Assembly: GCA_963729625.1 (NCBI GenBank)
Contig: CAVSOU010000008.1
Location: 64,001-128,000, forward strand
DNA length: 64,000 nucleotides
Direction: 5' to 3'
Origin: an uncultured bacterium
Lineage (GTDB): Bacteria > Chloroflexota > UBA5177 > JANWHV01
Part shown: positions 18,621 through 28,574 of the stretch, piece after piece
How positions within the stretch are numbered: the first letter of the stretch is position 1
Layout of the letters: the number at the start of each line of letters is the position of its first letter
Notes under the pieces: generated by a model
What the model was told of the DNA's origin: nothing
Database searches by the model: none
Seen by the model: only the letters and a program-made list of their open reading frames with translations
Program-made: the position numbers and the translations under genes

Positions 18621-20249
18621 CTACAGCCGGGATAGTGCCTTACGTGCGATTGCACGTGCGATCCGTGTCGAGCGAGTGCCGAACGTCACTTCGATGGTGA
18701 TCGTGAGGCGGCCCTTGGCCACGACCAGGATTGCATCGCCGCTGGCGTCTGGCAGAAAGAGGTGCGCCTGGTCGCCCAATCCGCCAATAGCCTTGCCGGG
18801 CCCCAGGTACTTTGTGCCGCTCCGTTGCTGGACGCCGATAGCCACGGCACCGCTGTCACTCCCGGGTGCCTTGAGGCCCATGGCCACGACGATATGCTCG
18901 CATACCAGCGCGCTCCGATTGCCATGGGGACCCATCGTCTGATAGACATATTGCGGGTTGCGGCCGAGGATCTGCTGCACGTCGCTCATCGTCACCAGGT
19001 GGCAGGGGTTGGGCAGTGGGCCGCCAGGACGATAGACTATGCGCGTGGGCATTCGCGTACAGAAGTCGGCGAGCGAGATACCGACCAGGTGCAGTCGCGT
19101 GCCGCTGCCGTCCGAGCCGCCGGTGACGGCGAGGTCCGCCGGTGTCGTCAACGGCGTCAGCGTTGGTCCTTGGTAGGCACTACCCGGCGGGCATGTGCAG
19201 CCGCCGACCCGGGTGCAGAAGGTGGTTTCTCCCGCCAACACGTGGTCGAAGTTCCCCGCATCAGACAGCCGTGCGTTCCCGCGGAGCCCCATCGTCACGA
19301 CGTCCGCGTGCGAAGTGAACTCGTAGATGCCGTTCGTGTACAGGTCCGCGGATACCGGGATCTCCTGGCCATTTGCGAGCGCGATCACCTTCACTTGTGG
19401 TGCTGCGGCGCCCGTGCCTCCGGCCGGAATGGCCGGGCCGGTGGTATCCCACGCGGAGCCGCGGTCCGGTTCGCGGAAGTAGCCGGAGGCCCACGAGTCT
19501 AGGAAGCTTGCGCCACAGCCGGCGGTGACTACCCCGTAAGCAGCCCGGTTATCCGGTACCTTGTCCAGCATCCCCTGCAGCTTGCGCCAGACATGTGACG
19601 GGCCGCCGCAGCGCTCGGCGACGTGCGCGTAGAAGCCGATGGCGTCGTAGGTGCGCGTGAAGAGAGGCGTCTGCGGCTGGGACAGATACGTATCCCACCA
19701 GCCCGCATCTTCGCTCGGATCCGGCGCTGCTACCATCTCGCCCACCCAGTCCGCTTGACCTTCGATAATCCATTTTGTTTGTGCGCCGGTGGCGAGCCGA
19801 CTAAACCGCGGCAGCCCGAGGATCACGCCTTGAAAGCAATGGAAGATCTCATGGGCCAGGGTGACGGACCAGTCCGGACCCTGCAACCGGTCTCCCGAAG
19901 GGTTGACCCAGATGTTGCAACTCGCGGGTGTACCGGCATGGCCACCCTGGGCATCGAAAACGTCGGTATACATCAAGGCCGGCGCCTCGAGTTCCGAGCT
20001 ATTCTTCGTGATGACCTCCCGAAGGCCTAGGTGCCGGCCGAGGCCGCTGGCGATCTTCGCGGAAAGCGACTGAAACGCTCGCGTGTAGTCTTTGTCACTA
20101 TGTCCATCACTCGTCGCCTGTACATCTGCTGCCACTGCAATGGGTGCAACCGCGGCGGTGGCGGTGGCATGCGATGTCGGGGTCAGGCCAAGGAGTAGCG
20201 CAATTCCCAATGCGAACGCGGCGATGATACGCTTCGTGATGGTGCCCAT
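18621..20249 (-). CDS. Secreted zinc-metallopeptidase-like protein (HExxH + downstream E)
   Basis: Signal peptide; AHEIFHCFQ and WIIEGQADW; Cys-containing C-terminal domain. Confidence 0.75.
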   Translation of the reverse strand: MGTITKRIIAAFALGIALLLGLTPTSHATATAAVAPIAVAADVQATSDGHSDKDYTRAFQSLSAKIASGLGRHLGLREVITKNSSELEAPALMYTDVFDAQGGHAGTPASCNIWVNPSGDRLQGPDWSVTLAHEIFHCFQGVILGLPRFSRLATGAQTKWIIEGQADWVGEMVAAPDPSEDAGWWDTYLSQPQTPLFTRTYDAIGFYAHVAERCGGPSHVWRKLQGMLDKVPDNRAAYGVVTAGCGASFLDSWASGYFREPDRGSAWDTTGPAIPAGGTGAAAPQVKVIALANGQEIPVSADLYTNGIYEFTSHADVVTMGLRGNARLSDAGNFDHVLAGETTFCTRVGGCTCPPGSAYQGPTLTPLTTPADLAVTGGSDGSGTRLHLVGISLADFCTRMPTRIVYRPGGPLPNPCHLVTMSDVQQILGRNPQYVYQTMGPHGNRSALVCEHIVVAMGLKAPGSDSGAVAIGVQQRSGTKYLGPGKAIGGLGDQAHLFLPDASGDAILVVAKGRLTITIEVTFGTRSTRIARAIARKALSRL

Positions 20250-20325
20250 ACTCGTGTACCTTCCATTCCGTGCGCTCAGGTCTCCGTGCTGGCTGGGCTT
20301 GCGCCGCTCCTCGCCAACGCCAGTC

Positions 20326-20715
20326 CTACGCCACTGGCAGGCCTGTACTGACCTTTATGGTTCCCCGGAGCCGCTTCAGGTTGTATTTGGTCTTCAGCTC
20401 TGGAATCCACTCCGTGTTCGTGAACGCGAGGGCGTTGCGCGCCGCCAGGTCACCGATGGCCTGCTGATCCGGCAGACCGCTGCCGGCAGCCGCATAGATA
20501 TCGGCCAGTCGATCGAAGAAGTGCTCGAAGCCGGCTGGCGAGATCATCTCGATAGCCGCGCCGGTTCCGGCCCGGCGTTCCAGAAGGTGTGCGGAATCGC
20601 CCGCGGCTTGAAGACGTAGGAGCCGGGTCCTGCGCTGGTCTCGAAGTCGCCAATTCTGACCCCGAACTCGCCCTGCAGCACGTAGGAGTACTCGTCTTCG
20701 TTGGCGTGCACGTGG
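20326..20715 (-). pseudogene. Cupin-domain protein, N-terminally truncated and frameshifted
   Basis: Manual translation HVHANEDEYSYVLQGE...KPRAIPHTFWNAG, 1-nt deletion near 20554, then EMISPAGFEHFF; no start codon. Confidence 0.8.
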
Positions 20716-23653
20716 TTGAGCGCGCGCGATCATCGCCTGCACCGTGAGCAGGTTATAGACGCACTGTGGCCGGAGGAAGAACTTCCCGTGGCCAAGCGCG
20801 AGCTGCATCGAGCTTTGCACGCGCTGCGCGCGATCGTGGACCGGGCGGGTGACGTGCCCAGTGCGCTGCGATTTGACGGTGAGATGCTGGTCCTGACGCC
20901 GGCAGGGGCCGCCGGGATGGCGCCGGAGTGGCTGGATGCCGATAGCTTTGAACGGACGGCCACCGCAGCGCTCACGGGTCGTGACCTCGCCGCATGCCGC
21001 ACGACGCTGGCCCTGTATCAAGGAGACTTCCTGCCGGATGATCCCTATTCCGAGTGGGTCTCGGCGCGGCGCGCTGAGCTGCAGAATCAGTACATGGCGC
21101 TTTTGCTCCACCTGGGGCGGCTCAGCGGGTCTGCAGGCAATCTCGAGGAGGCGGAGCAGTGCCTGCGACTGGTGCTTCAGCAAGATGCCTGCCGAGAGGA
21201 TGCCGCGGCTACGCTGATGGGCTTGCTGGCATCGGCGGGCCGCCGGATAGAGGCGTTGCGGATCTACCAGGTGCTTGCCGCTGCACTGGAATCGACCATG
21301 GACCTGGCGCCGAATGGCGAGATCGAAGCGCTGCGCGCCCGGTTGCAGGTCCAGGAGGCGGGGCCGGTAGCCGCCGCTCTTCCAGCGCAGGGAATCTGGC
21401 CCCAAGCACTGGGGAATCTTCCGGCACCACTGACCAGCTTTGTTGGGCGCGCCTGGGAGCAAGGTGAGATCCTGGCCCTGTTACCAGGGAGCCGGCTCGT
21501 CACCTTAACAGGTCCAGGCGGCTGCGGCAAGACTCGCCTGGCGCTGGAAGTGGCCGGCCGGCTCTATGAGCGATACCCAGACGGCATCTGGCTGGTCGAG
21601 CTGGCAGCCCTGCAGGATGCTGTGTTGGTGCCCAAGGCAGTTGCGGCCGCCCTGGGGACGCTGGAGGAGATGAAGGGACTCGCGGATGCCGCGCTCGTGT
21701 CGGCGTTGGGTGCCTTTCTCCGCCAGCGCCGTACGCTGCTAGTGCTGGACAACTGCGAACATCTCCTGGGCCCCAGTGCCGCGCTTGCCACGGCACTGCT
21801 ACGTGCAAGCCCTGGGTTGGCCATAGTGGCTACCAGTCGCGAGGCCTTGGGCATAGATGGTGAGACCGCCTGGCACTTACCGCCACTGGCGGTACCCGAG
21901 AATGACGATACGCCGATCGCTGCACTGCTGGACAACGAAGCGGTACACCTCTTCCTCGACCGCGCCCGAGCCAGCAGCCCGGGCTTTGCGCTCGTGCCAG
22001 CAAATGCGGCTGCGGTGCTCCAGATTTGCCGCCGACTCGATGGCTTGCCCCTGGCGCTGGAGCTTGCCGCTGCACGCTTGGGCACGATGTCGGTGGGCAC
22101 CGTAGCCGAGCGCCTGCATGACTGCTTCGCGTTGCTCACCGGCGGTAACCGCACGGCCCTGCCACGGCAACAGGCGCTGCGCGCGACCATGGATTGGAGC
22201 TACGGTCTGCTCGAGACCAAGGAGCGCGCGCTGCTGCGGCGGCTCGCCGTCTTCTCCGGCGGATGGACCCTGGCGGCGGCTGCCGCGATCTGCGTCGACG
22301 AGGATGCCGAGGATCAGACCGCCGTGACGCACGATCTTGCTGAGCGAGCTTGCTGCCCGCTCGCTCGTCTCAATAGCCGACCAGCACGGCTCGTCCAGAT
22401 ACAGCCTGCTGGAAACCACGCGCCAATATGCGCACGGCCGCCTGTCTGACTCCGGGGAGCTGCACGAGATGGAGGCCCGTCACCGCGCCTGGTATCTGGA
22501 TCAGTTGGCACATGCTGGTGCGGCAGCGCGAACCGAAGCACGTGCACTCTGGCTCGACCATCTGGAGCTGGATCTGGCGAATCTCCGCGTCGCCCTCGCC
22601 TCAAGCTGTCGGCAGCCGATGGATTCCGAGGCAGTGCTGCTGCGGGCCGAATCGATCGCCCACCTGGGCCTTGTCCGTGGCCATATTGAGGAAGGTAAGC
22701 AGTGGATCCTGGCGGCGCTCGCTGGCAACGCAGGTACGCCGGGAGCACGAGCCCTGGCGCTCAACGCTGCCGGTTCGCTTGCCAGTGCGCAGGGCGAGTA
22801 TCGCCAGGCCGCCTCCATGTACGAGGAGGGCTATGGCCTGTACACGGCCCTCGGAGACACGCACGGCGCGGCACGCGTGCTGATCAATCATGGCATCGTC
22901 AAGAAGTATCAAGGGGAGCCGGATCGGGCTCGATACCTGTGCGAAGCGGGCTGCCAACTCGCCCGTTCAGACGGCGATCCGATCTTGCTCGCCGTAGCAC
23001 TCAATAACCTCGGCACGCTGGCCATCGAGCGTGGCGACACGGCCACGGCCACGACGGTGCTGGAGGAGGGCCTGGCGCTCAAGCGCCGGTCCGGAAGCCA
23101 AACCGGCGTCATTCAAGTGCTCGTCAATCTCGGCGAGGTGGCGCGCGCGCTGCCCGATCTCCCGCTGGCGACGAGCCGCTACGAAGAAGCCCTCTTCCTT
23201 GCCCGGCTGCAGGGCGACCGGCTGCACACTGGTCTCGTGCAGTACAACCTGGGATTGGTCGCCGAAGCGCAAAACGAGACCGAGAGGGCCGCGACCGCGT
23301 TCAGGACAGCCCTCAAGCAAGAACAGGACCTGGGCAACGCGCAGCAGATCGCGGCAAATCTGGAAGGGTTGGCGAGAGCAGCCCTCAGACGGGCGCGACC
23401 GGACCAATGCGGTCGACTGCTGGGCGCGGCGGAGCACTTGCGCGAGCAGATCGGTGCACCGGTCCCGGAAGTCGACCGCCCTGCGCAGCAGCAGGGCCTG
23501 GCCGGGGTGCGCGAGGCACTCGGCGACGCCGGGACCAGGGCTGCGTGGTCGGAAGGTCGCGCGATGGGCGTCGACGCTGCCATCGCCGAAGCCCTGATCG
23601 ACGGCGACGAAGCTGAACTCGTCTTGCCAAGACCTCATCGGCGCAGCGTTTGA
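20716..23653 (+). pseudogene. BTAD (SARP) + NB-ARC-like ATPase + TPR transcriptional regulator, N-truncated, +1 frameshift near 22337
   Basis: HREQVIDALWP, BTAD region, GPGGCGKT, LVLDNCEH, LDGLPLALELAA, then YSLLETTRQYA and TPRs in the next frame. Confidence 0.85.
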
Positions 23654-24127
23654 CGGCCATTTCCCGCTATCGCCGGCCGGTGGCATTGCCGCTCCTACGG
23701 TGGAGGTCGTTATCGTGCCGTTCTGCCAGTTGCTGCCGGGTCCTCCCGGACCGGCGAAGGTGACGTGGGAATCGGCACTGGGTGCCGGCGACGGGCCCTG
23801 CACGCTGTCGAGCACCGGCACGTCCGGTCTACGCGTGACGACCACCTCTGCACGAAGTGCGGTCGCCACCCTGCTCAGGGCAACCGTCACCAGATCGTCC
23901 GTCTGAAAGAGGCTGCTGGTTGCGGACACGATCGTGCCGGTAAGCACCTCCTGCCCGTCTGGTGTGCCTGGATCGGTACAGGCGACCTTGTCCACATGGG
24001 CGCTAAAGCTGGACGCATGGTAGGCGAAGGTGAGTGCAGCTCGTCATGTCCAAGGCCGCTGCCACTGCGCGTATACTTGACGTATGGGTACGGCGCACGT
24101 GAAGCGGTAGCGCGGGAGTTTCGCAGT

Positions 24128-24367
24128 ATGGCGAGTCCAGTGAACGAAGTTGCTGAGTTCTTCGCGCAGGCGCCGACGCGAGAGCAGATCGCGGCATTCC
24201 ACCTCTCGGCGGAGGCTGAGCTTCGGGTGCGGGACCTGCTCGCGGCCAATGCCGCCGGGACGCTGGGCGCGGGCGAGCAACGCGAGTTGGATCAGCTGGT
24301 GCTCCTAGATGACATTGTCTCCCTCATCCGGGCCCGTGTGAGGCGCGACACTAGTTCCGCAGCCTAG
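24128..24367 (+). CDS. Small hypothetical protein (putative antitoxin partner of the HNH gene)
   Basis: GGAG RBS; 79 aa MASPVNEVAEFFAQAPT...; ends 3 nt before the HNH gene. Confidence 0.7.
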   Translation: MASPVNEVAEFFAQAPTREQIAAFHLSAEAELRVRDLLAANAAGTLGAGEQRELDQLVLLDDIVSLIRARVRRDTSSAA

Positions 24368-24370
24368 CGC

Positions 24371-24793
24371 GTGACCATACTCTCGGCTGTGATGCGCCGC
24401 GCCGTTGTCCGACGTGCTGGCGGGAGCTGTGAGTACTGCGGTATAGGCGATGACGCCGTCCTAGCCCCCCATGAGCCCGATCACGTCATCGGTGAGCAGC
24501 ATGGCGGAGAGACGACGCTCGATAATCTCGCCTATGCCTGCTTTCGCTGTAACCGCTTCAAGGGTCCCAACATTGCGACTCACGATCCGGTGACAGGCGG
24601 ACTTGTACCCCTGTTCGACCCACGCCAGGACCGCTGGCTGGACCATTTCCGCCTGGATGGCGTCGAGATCGTGCCCCTGACGCCCGTCGGCCGTGGTACC
24701 GCTTGGCTGCTGCGTTTCAACGATGAACAGCGGCTGCTCCTCCGCACCGAATTGCTCCGACAAGGCCGGTACGAGCCGCCACACTCACCATAA
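24371..24793 (+). CDS. HNH endonuclease
   Basis: CEYC, DHVI, NLAYACFRCNRFKG. Confidence 0.92.
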   Translation: MTILSAVMRRAVVRRAGGSCEYCGIGDDAVLAPHEPDHVIGEQHGGETTLDNLAYACFRCNRFKGPNIATHDPVTGGLVPLFDPRQDRWLDHFRLDGVEIVPLTPVGRGTAWLLRFNDEQRLLLRTELLRQGRYEPPHSP

Positions 24794-25275
24794 AGCGGCT
24801 GTGCCCGGCGTTGACGCCAGCAGGCGCCCACACGCTTCCTGCTATTCGCGCCGCATGACCCATGCATGGCGCTCGCGGTGCTCAAGGGCGTGTTGTCCGC
24901 GAGAGCCCGCGTTTGGTTGCCGCAGTTCTCGCGTCTGCCGCGGGCGCAGATCTTCGATCTGGACGGCGCGCGCTGGCGCCATGCAGCCGCAGCTGGTCAC
25001 ATCGGGGGTGGACTGATGGCGGCTGGCCGGCGGCCGTATCCGTGCCACGCCGCGCCTACCGCCCAAGCCCGACGCATCATAGCCCCAACACGGCGCGGAC
25101 GAGTTCTGTCGTGTCGGTATCTCGACATAACGAGTATCGCGCTGCTCTGCCGGCGCCTGCTAACCGTGGCGCTGCGCAGGGTGCGCGGATGTGTGACACT
25201 GGTGATGGCGCAGGCATACAGTATCCGGCGTGGTGGCATGCCGGTGCGGAGGCGCTGGGACAAGGAAGGGATGGC

Positions 25276-27690
25276 GTGCCTCATGGCGCTGGGACCGCTC
25301 AACCGGCAGGTGCTGGCGCGCCTGCGAACGATGCCTGGCTCTTCGGCAGTGACCTCATGCCGGGGATCGTCTCGGTCTGGGCAAACCGCGACGGCCGCGC
25401 GCTCGTCTGGCAACGCTCCGGCGACGGCGTGCGGTGCATCGAAGACCGGTTCAGACCCTGGCTGTACGCGGCCGGCCTCGACGACCTGCGGCACCTCGAC
25501 GTCGCTTTGGTCGAGGACGCGGCGGGGAAAAACGAGAACGCGCCGTTCAAGTACCGCGAGCTGGATGGGCCGCCCGACTCATTCCGCTTCGTCATTTCGG
25601 CCCGCGACGGGCGCGCCCTGAACCGTGCGCTCCTGTCCGGCGCGCGGCGGCGCCTGGGGCGAGCGATACGGCGGCTTGCCGATCTGCCGGGTGAGTATTA
25701 CCAGGTCGGAGTCGTGGAGCAATACCTGATGCTTACCGGTAGGGTGTGTTTCCGCGGCATGGCTTACAGCGATCTGCATCGGCTGCAATTCGACCTGGAG
25801 ACGACGGCGCTTTCGCCCCGCCATGGGCGGATTTTCCTGGTAGCCGTGCGCGACAGCTGCGGGCTGAAGACAATCCTGGAAGCGCCGGATGCGGGCGACG
25901 AAGCGGGCCTGATTGGCGATCTCTGCTCCCTCGTCCGCGAGCGCGATCCGGACGTGATTGAGAACCACAACCTGTTCGGCTTCGACCTGCCGTTCCTGGC
26001 GGAGCGTGCTTCCGCGCTGGGCGTGCCCCTGCACCTGGGCCGGCGCGAGGCACCGCCCCTGCTCGAGCGGTACGACGCGCCGGCGGGGTGGGGACGTGGC
26101 AGGCGCACGCGATACAGCGTGGCGGGCCGCGAGCTGATCGATACGCTCGACGCGGTGCGACGGTATGCCTTCACCGATCGGGCCCTGCAGAGTCACGGCC
26201 TCAAAGCCGCGGCCCGCTATTTCGGCCTGGCGGCGCCAGACCGCACCTATATCGCCGGTCCGGAGATCTTTCGTACCTACCAGCGCGACGCGGAAATGGT
26301 GCGGCGCTACGCTCTGGACGACGTGACGGAGGTCGACGGGCTCTCGCAACGCCTGCTGGGCGCCGCGTTCGCGCTGGCGGGGATGGCCCCGCGCCGCTAC
26401 GAGCGCGTTGCGTCTGCCGGTCCGGCAACCGGCATCCTGGAGCCCATCATGGTGCGCGCCTACCTCCACGCCGGCGCAGGCCTTCCGCGCAACGCGGCGC
26501 TGGGTGATGCGCTTCTGGACCCACATCAGGGCGGCGCCACCATCCTCTATGCCGGCGGTCTGGCAACGCACGTGGTCAAAGCCGACGTTGCTTCCATGTA
26601 TCCCTCCATCATGCGCACGTTCAGTATCGGACCGGAGTGCGATCGTCTGGGCGCGTTGCTCTACGTGGTGGATCGTCTCACCGAGCTGCGGCTGCAGCAC
26701 AAGCGCCAGGCGTTGCTCGCGGAGCCCAATTCTCCCACCGCGCACCAGCACCACGCATTGCAGTCCGCGATGAAGATCGTGGTCAACTCCGCCTACGGCT
26801 ACATGGGGGCCGGACAGATGGCGCTGTTCGCCGATCGCCGCGCGGCCGACGAGGTGACGCGCCGCGGGCGAGAACTGCTCGGGCAGGTCGCCGATCAGTT
26901 GCGTGCCCGGGGCGTGGTGCTGCTCGAAGCAGATACAGACGGCGTGTTCTTCGGCGTGCCGGATCACTGGAGCGAGGACGACGAGCGGGCCTGCGTGGCT
27001 GCGGTTGCAGCCACCCTGCCGGCGGGCATTCAACTGGACTACGAAGGGCGCTACCGGTCGATGCTCGCACACGAGGTGAAGAACTACGCCCTGCTGACCT
27101 ACGACGGCCGGCTTATCGTGCGCGGGGCAGCGTTCCGTTCCAGTCGCACGGAGCCGTTTGGAGAGCGATTCCTGCTGGCCGCGCTTCCCTGCTTGCTCTC
27201 CGGCGACGTCGAGTCAGTGCGAGCGGTGTACGTGGACACCGTGGGCGCGCTGCGGGAGCGGCACTTGGCGCCTGCCGACGTCGCCACCGTGGCGCGGTTG
27301 AGCAAGACAGCCGGCCAATACGCGCGCTCAAGGATCCGCGCGCGAGAAGCCGTGTACGAAGCCCTGCTGGCTGCCGGCCGCACGACCTGGCGAGCGGGCG
27401 AGCGCGTGCGATTCTACCGCGCGGCAGACGGTACTCCCGTATGGCTGCCCGACGTGCTGGAGAATGACACATCCCGAGCGGATGAGCAGGGCGCCACGGA
27501 AGGGTCGGCAATTGCAACGCCGGACTACGACGTGGCGCACTACCTGGGCGTGCTGCAGGCGTCGTACGTCTCGCGTCTACGGAAGGCCTTTTCGGCGGAC
27601 GACTTCGAGCAGCTTTTTCGCCAGTCTGGCCAGGTCGGCCTGTTCGACCGTCCTCTTGCGGACATAGAGCCGCGGTGGATTCGAGCCTGA
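25276..27690 (+). CDS. polB: Family B DNA polymerase with 3'-5' exonuclease
   Basis: ExoI DLETT, ExoII HNLFGFD, ExoIII YALDD; motif A DVASMYPS, motif B KIVVNSAYG, motif C ADTDG, KNY; probable GTG start with GGAAGG RBS (ORF is open from 24862). Confidence 0.92.
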   Translation: MPHGAGTAQPAGAGAPANDAWLFGSDLMPGIVSVWANRDGRALVWQRSGDGVRCIEDRFRPWLYAAGLDDLRHLDVALVEDAAGKNENAPFKYRELDGPPDSFRFVISARDGRALNRALLSGARRRLGRAIRRLADLPGEYYQVGVVEQYLMLTGRVCFRGMAYSDLHRLQFDLETTALSPRHGRIFLVAVRDSCGLKTILEAPDAGDEAGLIGDLCSLVRERDPDVIENHNLFGFDLPFLAERASALGVPLHLGRREAPPLLERYDAPAGWGRGRRTRYSVAGRELIDTLDAVRRYAFTDRALQSHGLKAAARYFGLAAPDRTYIAGPEIFRTYQRDAEMVRRYALDDVTEVDGLSQRLLGAAFALAGMAPRRYERVASAGPATGILEPIMVRAYLHAGAGLPRNAALGDALLDPHQGGATILYAGGLATHVVKADVASMYPSIMRTFSIGPECDRLGALLYVVDRLTELRLQHKRQALLAEPNSPTAHQHHALQSAMKIVVNSAYGYMGAGQMALFADRRAADEVTRRGRELLGQVADQLRARGVVLLEADTDGVFFGVPDHWSEDDERACVAAVAATLPAGIQLDYEGRYRSMLAHEVKNYALLTYDGRLIVRGAAFRSSRTEPFGERFLLAALPCLLSGDVESVRAVYVDTVGALRERHLAPADVATVARLSKTAGQYARSRIRAREAVYEALLAAGRTTWRAGERVRFYRAADGTPVWLPDVLENDTSRADEQGATEGSAIATPDYDVAHYLGVLQASYVSRLRKAFSADDFEQLFRQSGQVGLFDRPLADIEPRWIRA

Positions 27691-27705
27691 CGGGCGAGGC
27701 GTCGA

Positions 27706-28185
27706 TCAGGTGAGCCTCCGCTCCTCACGCGGATGACGAACTTCGACGGTGTACGGGTGCAGTCGTTCCGCCAGGTTATCCAAGCGGTACTCTATGAGGT
27801 CGAGCCTGTGCTCGACTGCGTGCTGAGCGTCACCTCGCGCCAGCGCGCTGCTGGCGTAGTGATTCAAGCTCACGCCTTCCCGCGCAGCTTGATCGAGTAA
27901 CCGGCGGTGCAGTGACTTCGGCACGCGCAGTAGAATCTTCCCACCGCACTCCTCCGGCACCGAGGGCAGCGGAATATCGACGCCCTGGTCGTACGCGGTC
28001 CGCAGCCAGAGTTTGCGCGCTGCGGCTACCATTGCCGGAAGTTCTTCGAGCGTGTCAGCCTCGGTGTAGCAGCCGGGCAGATCTGGAAACAGCACCGCGT
28101 AGCCGCCTTCCGGATCGACGTGCACCTCAAACGGATACTCAAGTGCCAGGTACTCGTCGAGAGTCCTGCGTCGTGCCGATGTCAT
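27706..28185 (-). CDS. hicB: HicB family antitoxin
   Basis: FPDLPGC, C-terminal ribbon-helix-helix GKILLRVPKSLH...GVSLN. Confidence 0.9.
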   Translation of the reverse strand: MTSARRRTLDEYLALEYPFEVHVDPEGGYAVLFPDLPGCYTEADTLEELPAMVAAARKLWLRTAYDQGVDIPLPSVPEECGGKILLRVPKSLHRRLLDQAAREGVSLNHYASSALARGDAQHAVEHRLDLIEYRLDNLAERLHPYTVEVRHPREERRLT

Positions 28186-28233
28186 GTGCGTCCCCCCTTG
28201 CGGCCTTCATGATTCTGCGGTCGCGTGCCTGCG

Positions 28234-28473
28234 TCAGTCTTCATCCAGTCCGAGGCGCCCACACAGCCTGTCGAGGTAGATGCGTTTGACCTTCCTCCCA
28301 TGTCTCTTCGGGATCACGATCGGCAGTTCCCCAGCTTTCGTAAACGAGACGTGGCTTCCTTCTTCCCGCGCGGCCGCCCAACCAAAGTGATAGAGCACGC
28401 GGGCAACGTCATCGAACTCGGCCTCGACCGGTCGCTTCTTGATCAGCGCGATGAGCTTCTCAATCTGCGACAT
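28234..28473 (-). CDS. hicA: HicA family toxin
   Basis: GSH motif, 79 aa, upstream of hicB; TTGCAA-N17-TATCGT promoter at 28523-28495. Confidence 0.88.
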   Translation of the reverse strand: MSQIEKLIALIKKRPVEAEFDDVARVLYHFGWAAAREEGSHVSFTKAGELPIVIPKRHGRKVKRIYLDRLCGRLGLDED

Positions 28474-28574
28474 TGTAGTGCCGTCGACACTCGCACGATA
28501 GCACTGGCGATATCATTTTGCAACACGGTTCGGTCATATTTCACCGCGAGCCACGCTCGCAGATCGCGTCGCGC

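Noticed and set aside
20326-21462. 378-aa minus-strand ORF as a whole gene
   Set aside because: Only the last ~75 aa are real (cupin C-terminus); the rest is off-frame or antisense to the BTAD gene
24862-25275. N-terminal extension of PolB
   Set aside because: Low-complexity, no domain features; a better RBS and GTG lie at 25276
24128-28473. Casposon, pipolin or prophage around polB
   Set aside because: No cas1, integrase, structural genes, att sites or terminal repeats seen
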